A stretch of DNA of 64,000 nt, from contig CAVQKK010000003.1 in NCBI GenBank assembly GCA_963713095.1, positions 1,245,339 to 1,309,338 of the forward strand, in the 5' to 3' direction. Every line of letters starts with the position of its first letter. Position 1 is the stretch's first letter. The notes below the pieces were generated by a model. It did no database searches and was not told the origin of the DNA. It worked only from the letters and a program-made list of their open reading frames with translations. This DNA comes from an uncultured Chloroflexia bacterium (GTDB lineage Bacteria; Chloroflexota; Limnocylindria; Limnocylindrales; CSP1-4). Positions 41,561 through 50,551 of this stretch are shown here, piece by piece. The position numbers and the translations under genes were made by a program.

Positions 41561-42724
41561 ATGCCCCCGATCGACCTTCGCTCCGACACCGTCACGCACC
41601 CCACCGACGCGATGCGCCGTGCGATGGCCGCCGCCGAGGTCGGCGACGACGTGTTCGGCGATGACCCGACGGCCAACGCCCTCGAGGCGCGCGGCGCGGA
41701 GCTGCTCGGCAAGGAGGCCGGCCTGTTCGTCGCCAGCGGCACCATGGGCAATCTGGTCTCGCTCATGGCCCACCTCCCGCGGGGCCATGAGGCGATCGCG
41801 GGCGCGACGACGCACACCGTGATGGACGAGGCAGGCGGCCACGCGGTCGTCGTCGGCGCCACCGTTCGTGCGCTGCTTGAGCGTCCGGACGGCACGCTCG
41901 ATCCGACGGCGATCGCGGCGGCGTTCCGGGATCCGGACGACCTCCACGAGCCGCTCACCGGGCTGGTCGCGCTCGAGAACACCCACGCGCACTCGGGCGG
42001 GCGACCCCTGACCGTCGAGTACACGCGGACCGTCGCCGCGATCGCCCACGAGCGCGGCGTGCCGCTCCACGTGGACGGGGCGCGCTTGTTCAACGCGGCC
42101 GTCGCCCTCGGGACGTCGGCCGGGGAGCTCGCGGCGGCGGCGGATTCGGTGACCTTCTGCCTGTCCAAGGGCCTTGCGGCCCCGGTCGGATCGATCGTGG
42201 TCGGCCGGCGCGAGTTCATCGCCCGTGCGCGTCGCGCGCGCAAGCTGCTGGGCGGCGGCATGCGCCAGGTCGGGGTCCTGGCCGCAGCCGGTCTGGTCGC
42301 GCTCAGTGACGGACCGGACGGCATGATCGATCGACTGGCCGACGACCATGCGACCGCGCGTCGGCTGGCCGAGGGCCTCGCCACGCTCGAAGGGATCATC
42401 TCCCCCGGCGGGATCGCCCAGCCGGACGAGGACGGACCACTCGACCCGGTCCGGACCGTGACCAACTTCGTGCTGTTCCGGTTGAGCCCGGGCCGGGACC
42501 GGTCCGCGTTCCTGGCGGCGCTCGAGGCGCACGGCGTGCTGATGGTCCCCTACGCGAACGGACAGGTTCGGGCCGTCACCCACCACGGCATTGGAGCCGG
42601 GGAGATCGACCGCGTGGTCGAGGTCGTGGCGAGCGTGCTGGACGAGCCCCCGCGGCATACGAACCCGGTCGCATCCGGGACGCACCAGCCGAGCACCGGG
42701 GCCGCCGCCTCGAGCGTGGCCTGA
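41561..42724 (+). CDS. ltaE: low-specificity L-threonine aldolase
   Basis: IDLRSDTVT N-terminus and PLP-fold motifs (ASGTMGNL, HVDGARL, SKGL lysine context). Confidence 0.85.
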   Translation: MPPIDLRSDTVTHPTDAMRRAMAAAEVGDDVFGDDPTANALEARGAELLGKEAGLFVASGTMGNLVSLMAHLPRGHEAIAGATTHTVMDEAGGHAVVVGATVRALLERPDGTLDPTAIAAAFRDPDDLHEPLTGLVALENTHAHSGGRPLTVEYTRTVAAIAHERGVPLHVDGARLFNAAVALGTSAGELAAAADSVTFCLSKGLAAPVGSIVVGRREFIARARRARKLLGGGMRQVGVLAAAGLVALSDGPDGMIDRLADDHATARRLAEGLATLEGIISPGGIAQPDEDGPLDPVRTVTNFVLFRLSPGRDRSAFLAALEAHGVLMVPYANGQVRAVTHHGIGAGEIDRVVEVVASVLDEPPRHTNPVASGTHQPSTGAAASSVA

Positions 42725-42744
42725 CCACCGGCCGCTCCCGCCAG

Positions 42745-43446
42745 ATGGACGTGATACCGGCAATCGACGTGGAGGGTGGCCGGTCGCGGGTCGTGTACTG
42801 GCCGGGCGCGGCATCGGGGCTGGGTGCTCCCACCGATCGCCCCGACCGGATCGCGGAGGTGCTCGTGGCACAGGGAGCCCGCATCATCCATCTGGTTGAC
42901 TTCGACGGCGCCCGCCGTGCAGCGCCGGCCAACCTCGAGACGGTTGGCGCGGTCGCCTCCCGTGTGGCGGTCCCGCTGCAGCTCGCGGGCGGCCTGGAGG
43001 AGGCGGACCATGTCCGGCTCGCGTTCGCCGCCGGGGCGACCAGGGTCGTGCTCTCGGTCTCCGTCGTGGAGCGGCCGGAGACGCTCCGCGAGTGCCTGGC
43101 GGTCGCCGGCGATTGGCTGGCCGTCGGTCTCGATCCGCGACCGGAGCGGATCGCCGCGTTCCCGTGGCAACGAACCGTCCCGCCTACCCTCGACGCGCTG
43201 GTCGAGGAGCTGGTCGCCCGAGGCGTGCGGCGCCTGGTGCTGAGCCACGGGGGCCTGACCCCGGACCCGGCCCTGCTCGACGCCCTGATCCGTCGCCACG
43301 ATGCGGACGTCCTCGTCGCCGGCGGCGCTGTCGATCTGGACGGTGTGCGACGTCTGCGCGATGCGGGCGTGGCCGGCCTGATCCTCGGTGAGCCGCTGCT
43401 CACCGGTGCCATCGAACTACCACGCGCCCTGGAGGCCGCCGCATGA
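42745..43446 (+). CDS. HisA/PriA-family (beta/alpha)8-barrel protein
   Basis: MDVIPAIDVEGGRSRVV N-terminus and DFDGA motif resemble HisA; stand-alone, not in a his operon. Confidence 0.55.
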   Translation: MDVIPAIDVEGGRSRVVYWPGAASGLGAPTDRPDRIAEVLVAQGARIIHLVDFDGARRAAPANLETVGAVASRVAVPLQLAGGLEEADHVRLAFAAGATRVVLSVSVVERPETLRECLAVAGDWLAVGLDPRPERIAAFPWQRTVPPTLDALVEELVARGVRRLVLSHGGLTPDPALLDALIRRHDADVLVAGGAVDLDGVRRLRDAGVAGLILGEPLLTGAIELPRALEAAA

Positions 43447-44198
43447 CCCGCCACCCGTCCACACGAGCCGCGACCCTGCCCATCGCCCTCGCGCCGCTGA
43501 TGCTCGCGCTCGCCGCGTGCACGGCCGGCGGCGCGCCCTCAGCGACCGTCCCGCCGGTCTCGCCCCAGGTCTCCACCCCGGCCCCGGGGCAGAGCGGGGT
43601 GCCCAGCGCGGTGCCCAGCATGCCTGGGTCGGCCTATCCATCGGGTTGCCCGACATCGCAGCCGCCCGCGCTGGGCCAGGGCGACGTCCGGACGGTGACG
43701 ATCTCAACGCCCAAGGGCGACATCGTGATCAAGGTCGAAGGTGCTCTCTCGCCCATCGCCACCGGCAACTTCGTCGCGCTCGTCTCGTGTGGCTACTACG
43801 ACGGGGTGGTGTTCCATCGCGCCGCGTCGCTCCAGGACGGGACGCCGTTCGTGATCCAGGGCGGCGACGGCCAATTCGGGCGAACGCCGGACCTGGATCC
43901 CAGCCTGGTGGGCACCGGCGGTCCGCCCTACACGATCCAGGACGAGCCGGTCACCAGCACGTATCGGCGAGGGACGGTGGCCATGGCCCGGAAGTCCGCT
44001 CCCAACTCGGTGGGGTCGCAGTTCTTCATCGTGCTCGACGATGCCGACGCGGACGTGCTCGCCCAGTACAACACCTACCAGATCATCGGCACCGTCACGT
44101 CCGGCATGGACGTCGCGGACGCGATCCACGCGGCGGCCGACGGGGAGATTCCCACCAACCCCGTTCCGATGACCAAGGTCACGGTATCGAAGCCCTAG
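43443..44198 (+). CDS. cyclophilin-type peptidyl-prolyl isomerase, secreted lipoprotein form
   Basis: signal peptide with lipobox LAAC; cyclophilin core FHRAASLQDGTPFVIQGGD...GSQFFIVL. Confidence 0.85.
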   Translation: MTRHPSTRAATLPIALAPLMLALAACTAGGAPSATVPPVSPQVSTPAPGQSGVPSAVPSMPGSAYPSGCPTSQPPALGQGDVRTVTISTPKGDIVIKVEGALSPIATGNFVALVSCGYYDGVVFHRAASLQDGTPFVIQGGDGQFGRTPDLDPSLVGTGGPPYTIQDEPVTSTYRRGTVAMARKSAPNSVGSQFFIVLDDADADVLAQYNTYQIIGTVTSGMDVADAIHAAADGEIPTNPVPMTKVTVSKP

Positions 44199-44260
44199 CC
44201 CGCCGTCCCGACCGCCTACCCTGTTCCCGAAACGCCCCGGATCCACCAAGGAGGCTGCCC

Positions 44261-44755
44261 ATGACCCGCGCCGTCATCGCCACCGAGCTCGGCGACATCG
44301 AGGTCGACCTGTTCACCGAGGGTGCGCCCAGGGCCACCTCGAACTTCGTCAAGCTGGCGAAGGAAGGGTTCTACGACGACGTCATCTTCCATCGCGTCAT
44401 CCCCGGCTTCGTGATCCAGGGTGGCGACGGCGAGCACGGCAGAAAGTCATCGCTCAACCCGGGTCGCGTGGGCACCGGTGGGCCTGGCTACAAGTTCGAC
44501 GACGAGCCGATCAGCGGCGACTACCACCGAGGCACGTTGGCGATGGCGAATGCCGGACCCAACACCAACGGCTCGCAGTTCTTCATCTGCCACCAGGACC
44601 TGGTCGGCAAGCTGCCCAAGAGCTACACGATCTTCGGCCAGGTCTCCAAGGGCCTGGACGTCGTCGATCAGATCGCGGGCGCGCCGCGCAACAGCCGTGA
44701 CCTGCCCGAAAACCCGGTCGCGATGACGTCGGTGACGGTCCTCGACGAGGGGTAG
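44261..44755 (+). CDS. ppiB: cyclophilin-type peptidyl-prolyl isomerase, cytoplasmic
   Basis: AAGGAGG RBS 7 nt before the ATG; FHRVIPGFVIQGGD...GSQFFICH motifs. Confidence 0.9.
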   Translation: MTRAVIATELGDIEVDLFTEGAPRATSNFVKLAKEGFYDDVIFHRVIPGFVIQGGDGEHGRKSSLNPGRVGTGGPGYKFDDEPISGDYHRGTLAMANAGPNTNGSQFFICHQDLVGKLPKSYTIFGQVSKGLDVVDQIAGAPRNSRDLPENPVAMTSVTVLDEG

Positions 44756-44789
44756 CCGGCGTGTTTTGGGGCCGCCGACGATCGCGACG

Positions 44790-45061
44790 GAGCGATTGTT
44801 ATGAGCCGCAACGTTAAGCAATTTTCACCCGCGGGCCCGGATCTACCCCTTTCCTAATCCGCACCTGCCCGCTAGGATATCCGTGCTGCCAGTCAGCCAG
44901 CGCTGCCCCAGCATCAGGATCATGGGTAGGTAGGGTAAGGGTAGTCGGTTCAGCCGACGCGATAGATGATCCTGAAGCGTGGCAGAAGGTCCGCTCTCGG
45001 GTGGACGCCTTCACCGGGACAGCAACGAGGCGGCTCCTTCGGGAGCCGCCTCGCCGTTTCC
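44790..45061 (+). ncRNA. candidate structured RNA or leader (relatively AT-rich, GGGTAGGTAGGGTAAGGGTAG G-tract) ending in a strong terminator
   Basis: about 420-nt non-coding gap between ppiB and the acetoacetyl-CoA synthetase gene with no plausible ORF; family not identified. Confidence 0.2.
45027..45061 (+). terminator. intrinsic terminator: GAGGCGGCTCC-TTCG-GGAGCCGCCTC then GCCGTTTCC
   Basis: perfect 11-bp stem with UUCG tetraloop and T-containing tail. Confidence 0.55.
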
Positions 45062-45187
45062 GGGGACGGCCGGCGCGACCCGCGGCCACCGGCCAGCTGA
45101 CGTGGAGATGCCGCTGAATTGGGGCAGCCCGGCCTCCGGGTAGCCAGCGGCGCACCGAGCGGCCGGCGATGTCGGACAATCAGGGCG

Positions 45188-47209
45188 ATGACGAGCGGCC
45201 GGATGGTCCCCCATCGGAGCTCCCCAGCACCGCAGGTGCTCTGGTCGCCGCCGCCCGATGCCCGAACGCGATCGCGGATGGGACGCTACCTGGACTGGCT
45301 CGCGACCGACCGCGGCATCATGCTCGACGGGTACGACGCGGCCTGGCGGTGGTCGGTCGACGAGCCCGGCGCCTTCTGGGAATCGATCTGGGATCACTTC
45401 GGGGTGCGATCCGCCTCCACGGCCGGACCGGCGCTGGCTGACGCTCGCATGCCGGGCGCTCGGTGGTTTCAGGGCGCGACGATGAACTACGCCGGCCAGG
45501 TGCTCGACCTGCCCGGGCGGGCTCGGTCGGACGTCGTGATCGTGGCCCGCTCGCAGACGCGAGGCGCCGTGGAGCTCACGGCGGATGACCTCCGCGACGC
45601 CGTGGCCCGGTGTCGGGCGGGTCTTCTTCGCCTCGGCGTACGACGCGGCGATCGGGTCGCAGCCTTCCTGCCCAACATTCCCGAGGCCGTGATCGCGATG
45701 CTCGCAACCGCGTCGCTGGGCGCCACCTGGTCCTCGTGCGCGCCGGAGTTCGGCGCCCGGGCCGTCGTCGACCGGTTCGCGCAGATCGAACCCACCCTGC
45801 TGCTGACGATCGACGGCTATCGGTACGGAGATCGGGACATGGACCGGAGTCCGGAGATCGCCATGATCCGGTCAGGCCTGCCCGGCCTGCGGGTGACCGT
45901 GGTCGTTCCCTACCTCGGTCCCGAGGCAGACGCCGTGGCGAGCGTGCCCGGAGCCGTCCCGTGGTCGTCGCTCCTCGCCGAGCCCGCGCCCCTGGCCTTC
46001 GACACCGTCTCGTTCGATCACCCGCTCTACGTGCTGTTCTCCTCGGGCACCACCGGCCTGCCCAAACCCATCGTCCACGGCCACGGCGGGATCCTGCTCG
46101 AGCACCTCAAGGCCCTCGCCCTCCACACCGATCTCGGGCCGGCTGACCGGTTCTGCTGGTTCACCACGACCGGCTGGATGATGTGGAACTACCTGGTGTC
46201 GGGGATGGCCGTGGGCTCCACGATCGCGCTGTTCGACGGCAATCCTGCCTGGCCCGATCTGACGACGCTGTGGAAGCTTGCAGCCGAGACCCGGGCGACC
46301 TACCTGGGGCTCAGCGCGCCGTTCATCATGGCCTGCACGGCGGCCGGCCTGAAACCCACCGTCGATCTCGACCTCTCGACGCTGCGCGGTGTGGGCTCGA
46401 CGGGGGCGCCGCTCGCCGCGGCCGGCTTCCGGTGGGTCTCGGAGGCCGTGTCCGACGCGATCCCACTCGGATCGTTGAGCGGGGGGACGGACCTGTGCAC
46501 CGGGTTCCTGGGCCCATCGCCGCTGGTGCCGGTGTGGGCCGGCGAGATCAGCTGCCGGATGCTGGGCGCCAGGGTCGAGGCATTCGATGCGGCCGGCCGG
46601 TCGCTGGTCGGGCGCCAGGGCGAGCTCGTGATCACGGCGCCCATGCCGTCGATGCCGGTGCGGCTATGGGGTGATGATGATGGTTCGCGGTTGCGTTCTG
46701 CCTACTTCGAGCCGTGGCCGGGCGTGTGGCGCCACGGAGACTGGCTGACGATCACCGAGCGCGGCTCGTGCGTCATCAGCGGACGCAGCGACGCGACGCT
46801 CAACCGGGGAGGCGTGCGGCTGGGAACGGCCGAGTTCTACGCCGTCGTCGAGGCCATGCCCGAGATCGCCGACTCGCTGGTCGTGCACCTCGAGGACGAT
46901 CGCGGCGGCCCCGGCGAGCTGCTGCTGTTCGTGGTCCTGCACGGGGACACATCGCTGGATGACGATCTGCGACGCCGGATCTCGGACGCGCTCCGCTCCG
47001 GGCTCTCGCCCCGCCACGTTCCGGACCAGATCCTGATCATCCCGCGCGTACCACGTACGCTCTCCGGCAAGCGGCTCGAGGTGCCGGTCAAGCGGATCCT
47101 GGCCGGGCTGCCGCCCGACGCGGCCGCCTCGAAGGATGCGCTGGCCGACCCGCGATCGCTCGAGCCGTTCGAGGCGCTGGCGGCCCAACGTCGAGGCGCA
47201 AGCGGCTGA
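45188..47209 (+). CDS. acetoacetyl-CoA synthetase (acetoacetate-CoA ligase)
   Basis: N-terminus LWSPPPDARTRSRM...WRWSVDEPGAFWESIWDHFGV matches the acetoacetyl-CoA synthetase N-terminal pattern; AMP-binding core (FSSGTTGLPKPIVHGHGG). Confidence 0.8.
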   Translation: MTSGRMVPHRSSPAPQVLWSPPPDARTRSRMGRYLDWLATDRGIMLDGYDAAWRWSVDEPGAFWESIWDHFGVRSASTAGPALADARMPGARWFQGATMNYAGQVLDLPGRARSDVVIVARSQTRGAVELTADDLRDAVARCRAGLLRLGVRRGDRVAAFLPNIPEAVIAMLATASLGATWSSCAPEFGARAVVDRFAQIEPTLLLTIDGYRYGDRDMDRSPEIAMIRSGLPGLRVTVVVPYLGPEADAVASVPGAVPWSSLLAEPAPLAFDTVSFDHPLYVLFSSGTTGLPKPIVHGHGGILLEHLKALALHTDLGPADRFCWFTTTGWMMWNYLVSGMAVGSTIALFDGNPAWPDLTTLWKLAAETRATYLGLSAPFIMACTAAGLKPTVDLDLSTLRGVGSTGAPLAAAGFRWVSEAVSDAIPLGSLSGGTDLCTGFLGPSPLVPVWAGEISCRMLGARVEAFDAAGRSLVGRQGELVITAPMPSMPVRLWGDDDGSRLRSAYFEPWPGVWRHGDWLTITERGSCVISGRSDATLNRGGVRLGTAEFYAVVEAMPEIADSLVVHLEDDRGGPGELLLFVVLHGDTSLDDDLRRRISDALRSGLSPRHVPDQILIIPRVPRTLSGKRLEVPVKRILAGLPPDAAASKDALADPRSLEPFEALAAQRRGASG

Positions 47210-47281
47210 ACATCAGGCTTGGGCCACCACGGCCGACGCGGACCGGATTCCCGGGGATGGACAGCGACAGATGGCAGCGAC

Positions 47282-47767
47282 TTAACCCGTCGCGAGGCCG
47301 GCCGCCCAGGTGCGGGCGCGTTCCAGCTCCCCAGCCTCGAGCCGCTCGACCGCATGGCGTCGCTTGCCGCCGTTCGGCGGCTCGTCACGATCGATGAAGA
47401 ACGATTCGGTTGGGGCGATCAGACGGCAGCCGGCACGCCGGAGCCGTCGCGCGGCGACCACTGCGGCCGACCCTGTGAGCATCCGGGCCATCCGGTACCG
47501 GGTATCGAAGGTCGCGGCTGGGACGCCGTCGAGGCGGCGTCGCGGAAGCCGGCTGAGGAACAGCTCGAGGTTGGGGCTCGCGCCATGCCGCTGCGTCGGT
47601 CCGCCGACCAGGAGCAGGTCTGGCAACGGCTCGAGGTCGGCGACCGAGGCGACCTCCGCGGCCGCGACAACCCTGACCTGCCCATTGGCAGCCAGGGCCT
47701 GCGCGATGGACCGTGCCAGCTGCTCGGTGTTGCCGAACACCGAGTCGAAGACGATGAGCGTGTTCAT
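47282..47767 (-). CDS. flavodoxin-family protein
   Basis: MNTLIVFDSVFGNTEQLA flavodoxin phosphate-binding loop. Confidence 0.75.
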   Translation of the reverse strand: MNTLIVFDSVFGNTEQLARSIAQALAANGQVRVVAAAEVASVADLEPLPDLLLVGGPTQRHGASPNLELFLSRLPRRRLDGVPAATFDTRYRMARMLTGSAAVVAARRLRRAGCRLIAPTESFFIDRDEPPNGGKRRHAVERLEAGELERARTWAAGLATG

Positions 47768-47907
47768 CCTGAAGCTCCTCCCTTGAGCGCCGGTCACCCA
47801 TTCGACCCCGAGCGAAATGGGTTGGGTCTTACGCTCGTGTGCTCAGGACCATCCGCCTGGTTGCGGTTATTTCGTTTGCAGTCCAGCATCGCAGCCGGAG
47901 ATCAACC

Positions 47908-48360
47908 ATGACGACGGCAGTGGCAGAGCGTGAGCCGATCATCGCAGGCGAGGCGGAGCATGGGGCGCTCGACGCGATCGAGCGCGCGCTGCGGCCCGTC
48001 GCGGACCACCAGCGGGCGGAGATCGTCGGGCCCGACGGCACGCGGACCGAGCTGCCCGAGTCGCTGTACGCCGTCCTCGTCCGCGCCGCCCAGGAGCTCC
48101 GCCGCGGCCGCGGCGTGTCCATCCTCCCCGTCGGCCTGGAGCTCACCACGCAGCAGGCGGCGGACCTCGTGAACGTGTCCCGGCCGTTCCTGATCCGCCT
48201 GCTCGAAGCGGGCCAGATCCCGCACCACCGTGTCGGGACCCACCGCCGGATCCGGCTCGACGACCTGCTTGCCTACCGGCGCCGCAGGAGCGATGAGCGA
48301 AAGGCGATGCTCGCCTGCATGGCGGCCGAGGCGCAGGAGCTCGGCATCTACGACGAGTAG
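47908..48360 (+). CDS. excisionase-family helix-turn-helix DNA-binding protein (antitoxin-like)
   Basis: LTTQQAADLVNVSRPFLIRLLEAGQIPHHRVGTHRRIRLDDLLAY HTH_17/excisionase-type motif in the C-terminal half. Confidence 0.6.
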   Translation: MTTAVAEREPIIAGEAEHGALDAIERALRPVADHQRAEIVGPDGTRTELPESLYAVLVRAAQELRRGRGVSILPVGLELTTQQAADLVNVSRPFLIRLLEAGQIPHHRVGTHRRIRLDDLLAYRRRRSDERKAMLACMAAEAQELGIYDE

Positions 48361-48366
48361 CGCGAC

Positions 48367-48460
48367 GTGTCCTTCGTCGCCCTGCTCGACGCCAGCGTCC
48401 TGCACCCGAGGGTCGTCTGCGACCTGCTGCTGCGCGTCGCGGAGCGCGGCCTCTTCCGTC
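48367..48460 (+). pseudogene. 5' remnant of a PIN-domain (VapC-like) toxin gene
   Basis: first about 30 codons VSFVALLDASVLHPRVVCDLLLRVAERGLF resemble a PIN N-terminus (acidic D after the hydrophobic strand); the ORF then runs into hairpin/tRNA sequence. Confidence 0.3.
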
Positions 48461-48528
48461 TTAGGTGTCGGGATTTACGCTGTACAGGGCCGAGCACGGT
48501 GTCAAGCGAACCTGCCTGGGCTGCCTCA

Positions 48529-48560
48529 GTAGAGCGTCAAACCATAAGCCGACGCTCTAC
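48529..48560. other. perfect 10-bp-stem hairpin (GTAGAGCGTC-N12-GACGCTCTAC) 30 nt upstream of tRNA-Arg
   Basis: direct inspection; the minus-strand reading contains TAGAGCGTCGGC, identical to 12 nt of the tRNA-Arg D/anticodon-stem junction. Confidence 0.5.
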
Positions 48561-48590
48561 CAATGCTCGACCGCTATCATCGGAGTCCGC

Positions 48591-48666
48591 GCGCCTGTAG
48601 CTCAGCGGATAGAGCGTCGGCCTCCGGAGCCGAAGGTCGCAGGTTCGAATCCTGTCGGGCGCGCCA
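48591..48666 (+). tRNA. tRNA-Arg (CCG)
   Basis: manual cloverleaf: acceptor GCGCCTG, D-arm TAGCTCAGCGGATAGAGC, anticodon arm TCGGC-CTCCGGA-GCCGA, T-loop GGTTCGAATCC, encoded CCA. Confidence 0.9.
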
Positions 48667-50104
48667 TTTCAACCTTTTCGGGCAGCGCCAGCGCCAGTCC
48701 GTGCGCGTAGGCCGCCTGCGTCAGCCGGACACCCACGATCTCGGGGCCCGCGACCGTGATCCGCTCGTAGATGGCGTGCATCAGATCTGCTTTCTCCTTC
48801 GATACGTCTGCGCTTTGCATTGCCTCGCCGATGGCTCGGAGCCACTCGACTGCTCGATGGCCGGATAGGCCCGGCGCAGTTCGCTCCACGATCGCGTCGC
48901 GCTGCTCACGGAGCACCTTCAGGCGCGTCAGGTAGGTGTCGTCACCGAGACCGCCCGCCGCGTGCTCCAGCGCGAGCTCGCGGATCTGCCGGTCGATCCG
49001 GGCGCGGTCGATCGCGACGGGCTGCTGATGCGACCCGAGGGCCGCGACGACCGACGCCATGGTGGCATCGTCCAGCGCGATGCCCGCCACTTGGGCCAGG
49101 ACAGGGGCTTCCCAGGTCTCATCGCCGAGGCGGGCCTTGCGACCCCAGGCCTCGCACGGCTTGGCGTGCTGCTTCCGGTGCCGGCCATCGGCGAAGGTGC
49201 CGTCGTTCCGGAGCCGTCGACCACAGACGCACTCCAGGAGGCCGCCCAGCAGGTCGACGCGGTCCCAGTTCTTCGGGCCCCCGCCGCGGGTCTTGGCCCG
49301 CCTGGCCTCCTCCACCCGCGCCCAGAGCTCGTCGGACACCGGTGGCGTCGCCCGCCACGGTGCCGGGCGCCGCGTCTCGTTCTTGCCGCGGTGTCGGCGG
49401 ATCCAGCCGTTGTAGAGCGGGTTCATGAGGATCATCCGGATCCGCGTGGCGGCGAGGCCGGTCTCCTCCTCAAGCTGCTTCGCGCTCACGGTGCCGAGGG
49501 CATAGCGCTCGAACAGGCCGACGACGAGAGCCATGCGCTCGGGATCGATCTCGAGCGTGTGGGGCGGCTCGGTCCTTCGCCGGAAGCCGAGGGCGGCGTG
49601 GCCGCCCGGGTCCTGCTCCTGGTCGAACTTCGCGGCGTAGCCCTCGGTGATGCGCTCGGACAGGCGGCGGCTGTACTTCTCCGCCCCCGCCGCCTCGGAG
49701 ATCAGCTCGTCCCAGTCGGACAGGTCGGAGGAGAGGATCTTCCGGTCGCACATGACGAGGGCCACGCCGTTCGGGTGCAGCTCGTCCTCGAGCAGCTCGA
49801 GCGTCCGGCGCAGGTTGCGCTGCCAGCGGTCCGAGTAGCCGGTGAGGAGGAGGTCGAAGCGACCCGATCGGAGGTCCTCAACCATGGTGGCCATCATGGC
49901 CGAACGCCAGACGGTGCGACCGCTGTGCGCGACCTGGTACACGAGACCCGTGTCGACGAGGCCGTGCCGCTCGATGAACCGGTCCTGCTGCTCACGCTGG
50001 CTCGCCGGGCCGTATCGGTCGTACTGGCCGGCCGTGGACTCGCGGATCCAGCGGGCGGCCCGGAGGCCGCCGATCTCGTCGAGCGACTGCGGCAGCCGCT
50101 TCAC
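48602..50104 (-). CDS. large serine recombinase (resolvase-type catalytic domain, recombinase domain, zinc ribbon)
   Basis: catalytic-serine motif WIRESTAGQ near the N-terminus; zinc ribbon ECVCGRRL; GTG start; the 3' end reads through the tRNA-Arg 3' end on the opposite strand (encoding ...ARPTGFEPATFG). Confidence 0.9.
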   Translation of the reverse strand: MKRLPQSLDEIGGLRAARWIRESTAGQYDRYGPASQREQQDRFIERHGLVDTGLVYQVAHSGRTVWRSAMMATMVEDLRSGRFDLLLTGYSDRWQRNLRRTLELLEDELHPNGVALVMCDRKILSSDLSDWDELISEAAGAEKYSRRLSERITEGYAAKFDQEQDPGGHAALGFRRRTEPPHTLEIDPERMALVVGLFERYALGTVSAKQLEEETGLAATRIRMILMNPLYNGWIRRHRGKNETRRPAPWRATPPVSDELWARVEEARRAKTRGGGPKNWDRVDLLGGLLECVCGRRLRNDGTFADGRHRKQHAKPCEAWGRKARLGDETWEAPVLAQVAGIALDDATMASVVAALGSHQQPVAIDRARIDRQIRELALEHAAGGLGDDTYLTRLKVLREQRDAIVERTAPGLSGHRAVEWLRAIGEAMQSADVSKEKADLMHAIYERITVAGPEIVGVRLTQAAYAHGLALALPEKVEMARPTGFEPATFGSGGRRSIR

Positions 50105-50354
50105 GCGGCGGGGTCCTTCTGGCTCCTGACCATCCGGGACACCTTTGCTCTGGCGTCAAGTCCCTCGCGGCGGAGCTGGTCGGGACCCTCGGGATAGCGG
50201 GCGTGGAGGGCCTCAACGTACCGAACGAGGGCGGCGACGAGCGGGTCAGGACGGCCGGCCCTGGAGTCCACGGGTGCGGTCGGGCGCTCGATCTCGCGGC
50301 CGGGAGACCGGATGCCCTCACCGGGTTGCACGCCAGACGCGCGCCGATCGCTCA
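50101..50354 (-). CDS. small hypothetical protein translationally coupled to the recombinase (candidate recombination directionality factor)
   Basis: 84-aa ORF whose stop overlaps the recombinase GTG (GTGA); function not identifiable. Confidence 0.3.
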
Positions 50355-50551
50355 TGGCCGTCGCCGGTCCGACGGTACCGCGCCGCGGTGCGCCGCCCAC
50401 CACTCCGCTCGCGCGGCACGCGCCACGCGCTCGATCGCGAACAAATGGCCCATCGGGTCGTGGCCCGCCCGCAGGCGAACGAGGTGCGCCTCGATCCGGC
50501 TGACGGCACGGGCCACGGCGTCGCCGTCGGGCATCGGCGCTTGGCGCGTGC

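Noticed and set aside
44790-45061. SRP RNA, 6S RNA, RNase P RNA or tmRNA identity for the structured intergenic region
   Set aside because: Conserved cores (SRP GGAAGGAAGCAGC, RNase P AGGAAAGTCCGGGC, tmRNA tRNA-like ends) are absent; left as an unassigned candidate RNA.
48470-48590. possible second tRNA or tmRNA-like gene on the minus strand upstream of tRNA-Arg
   Set aside because: It shares 12 nt with tRNA-Arg and has a T-loop-like GGTTCGCTT, but I could not fold a cloverleaf with paired acceptor, D and T arms; kept only as a hairpin/partial-tRNA observation.
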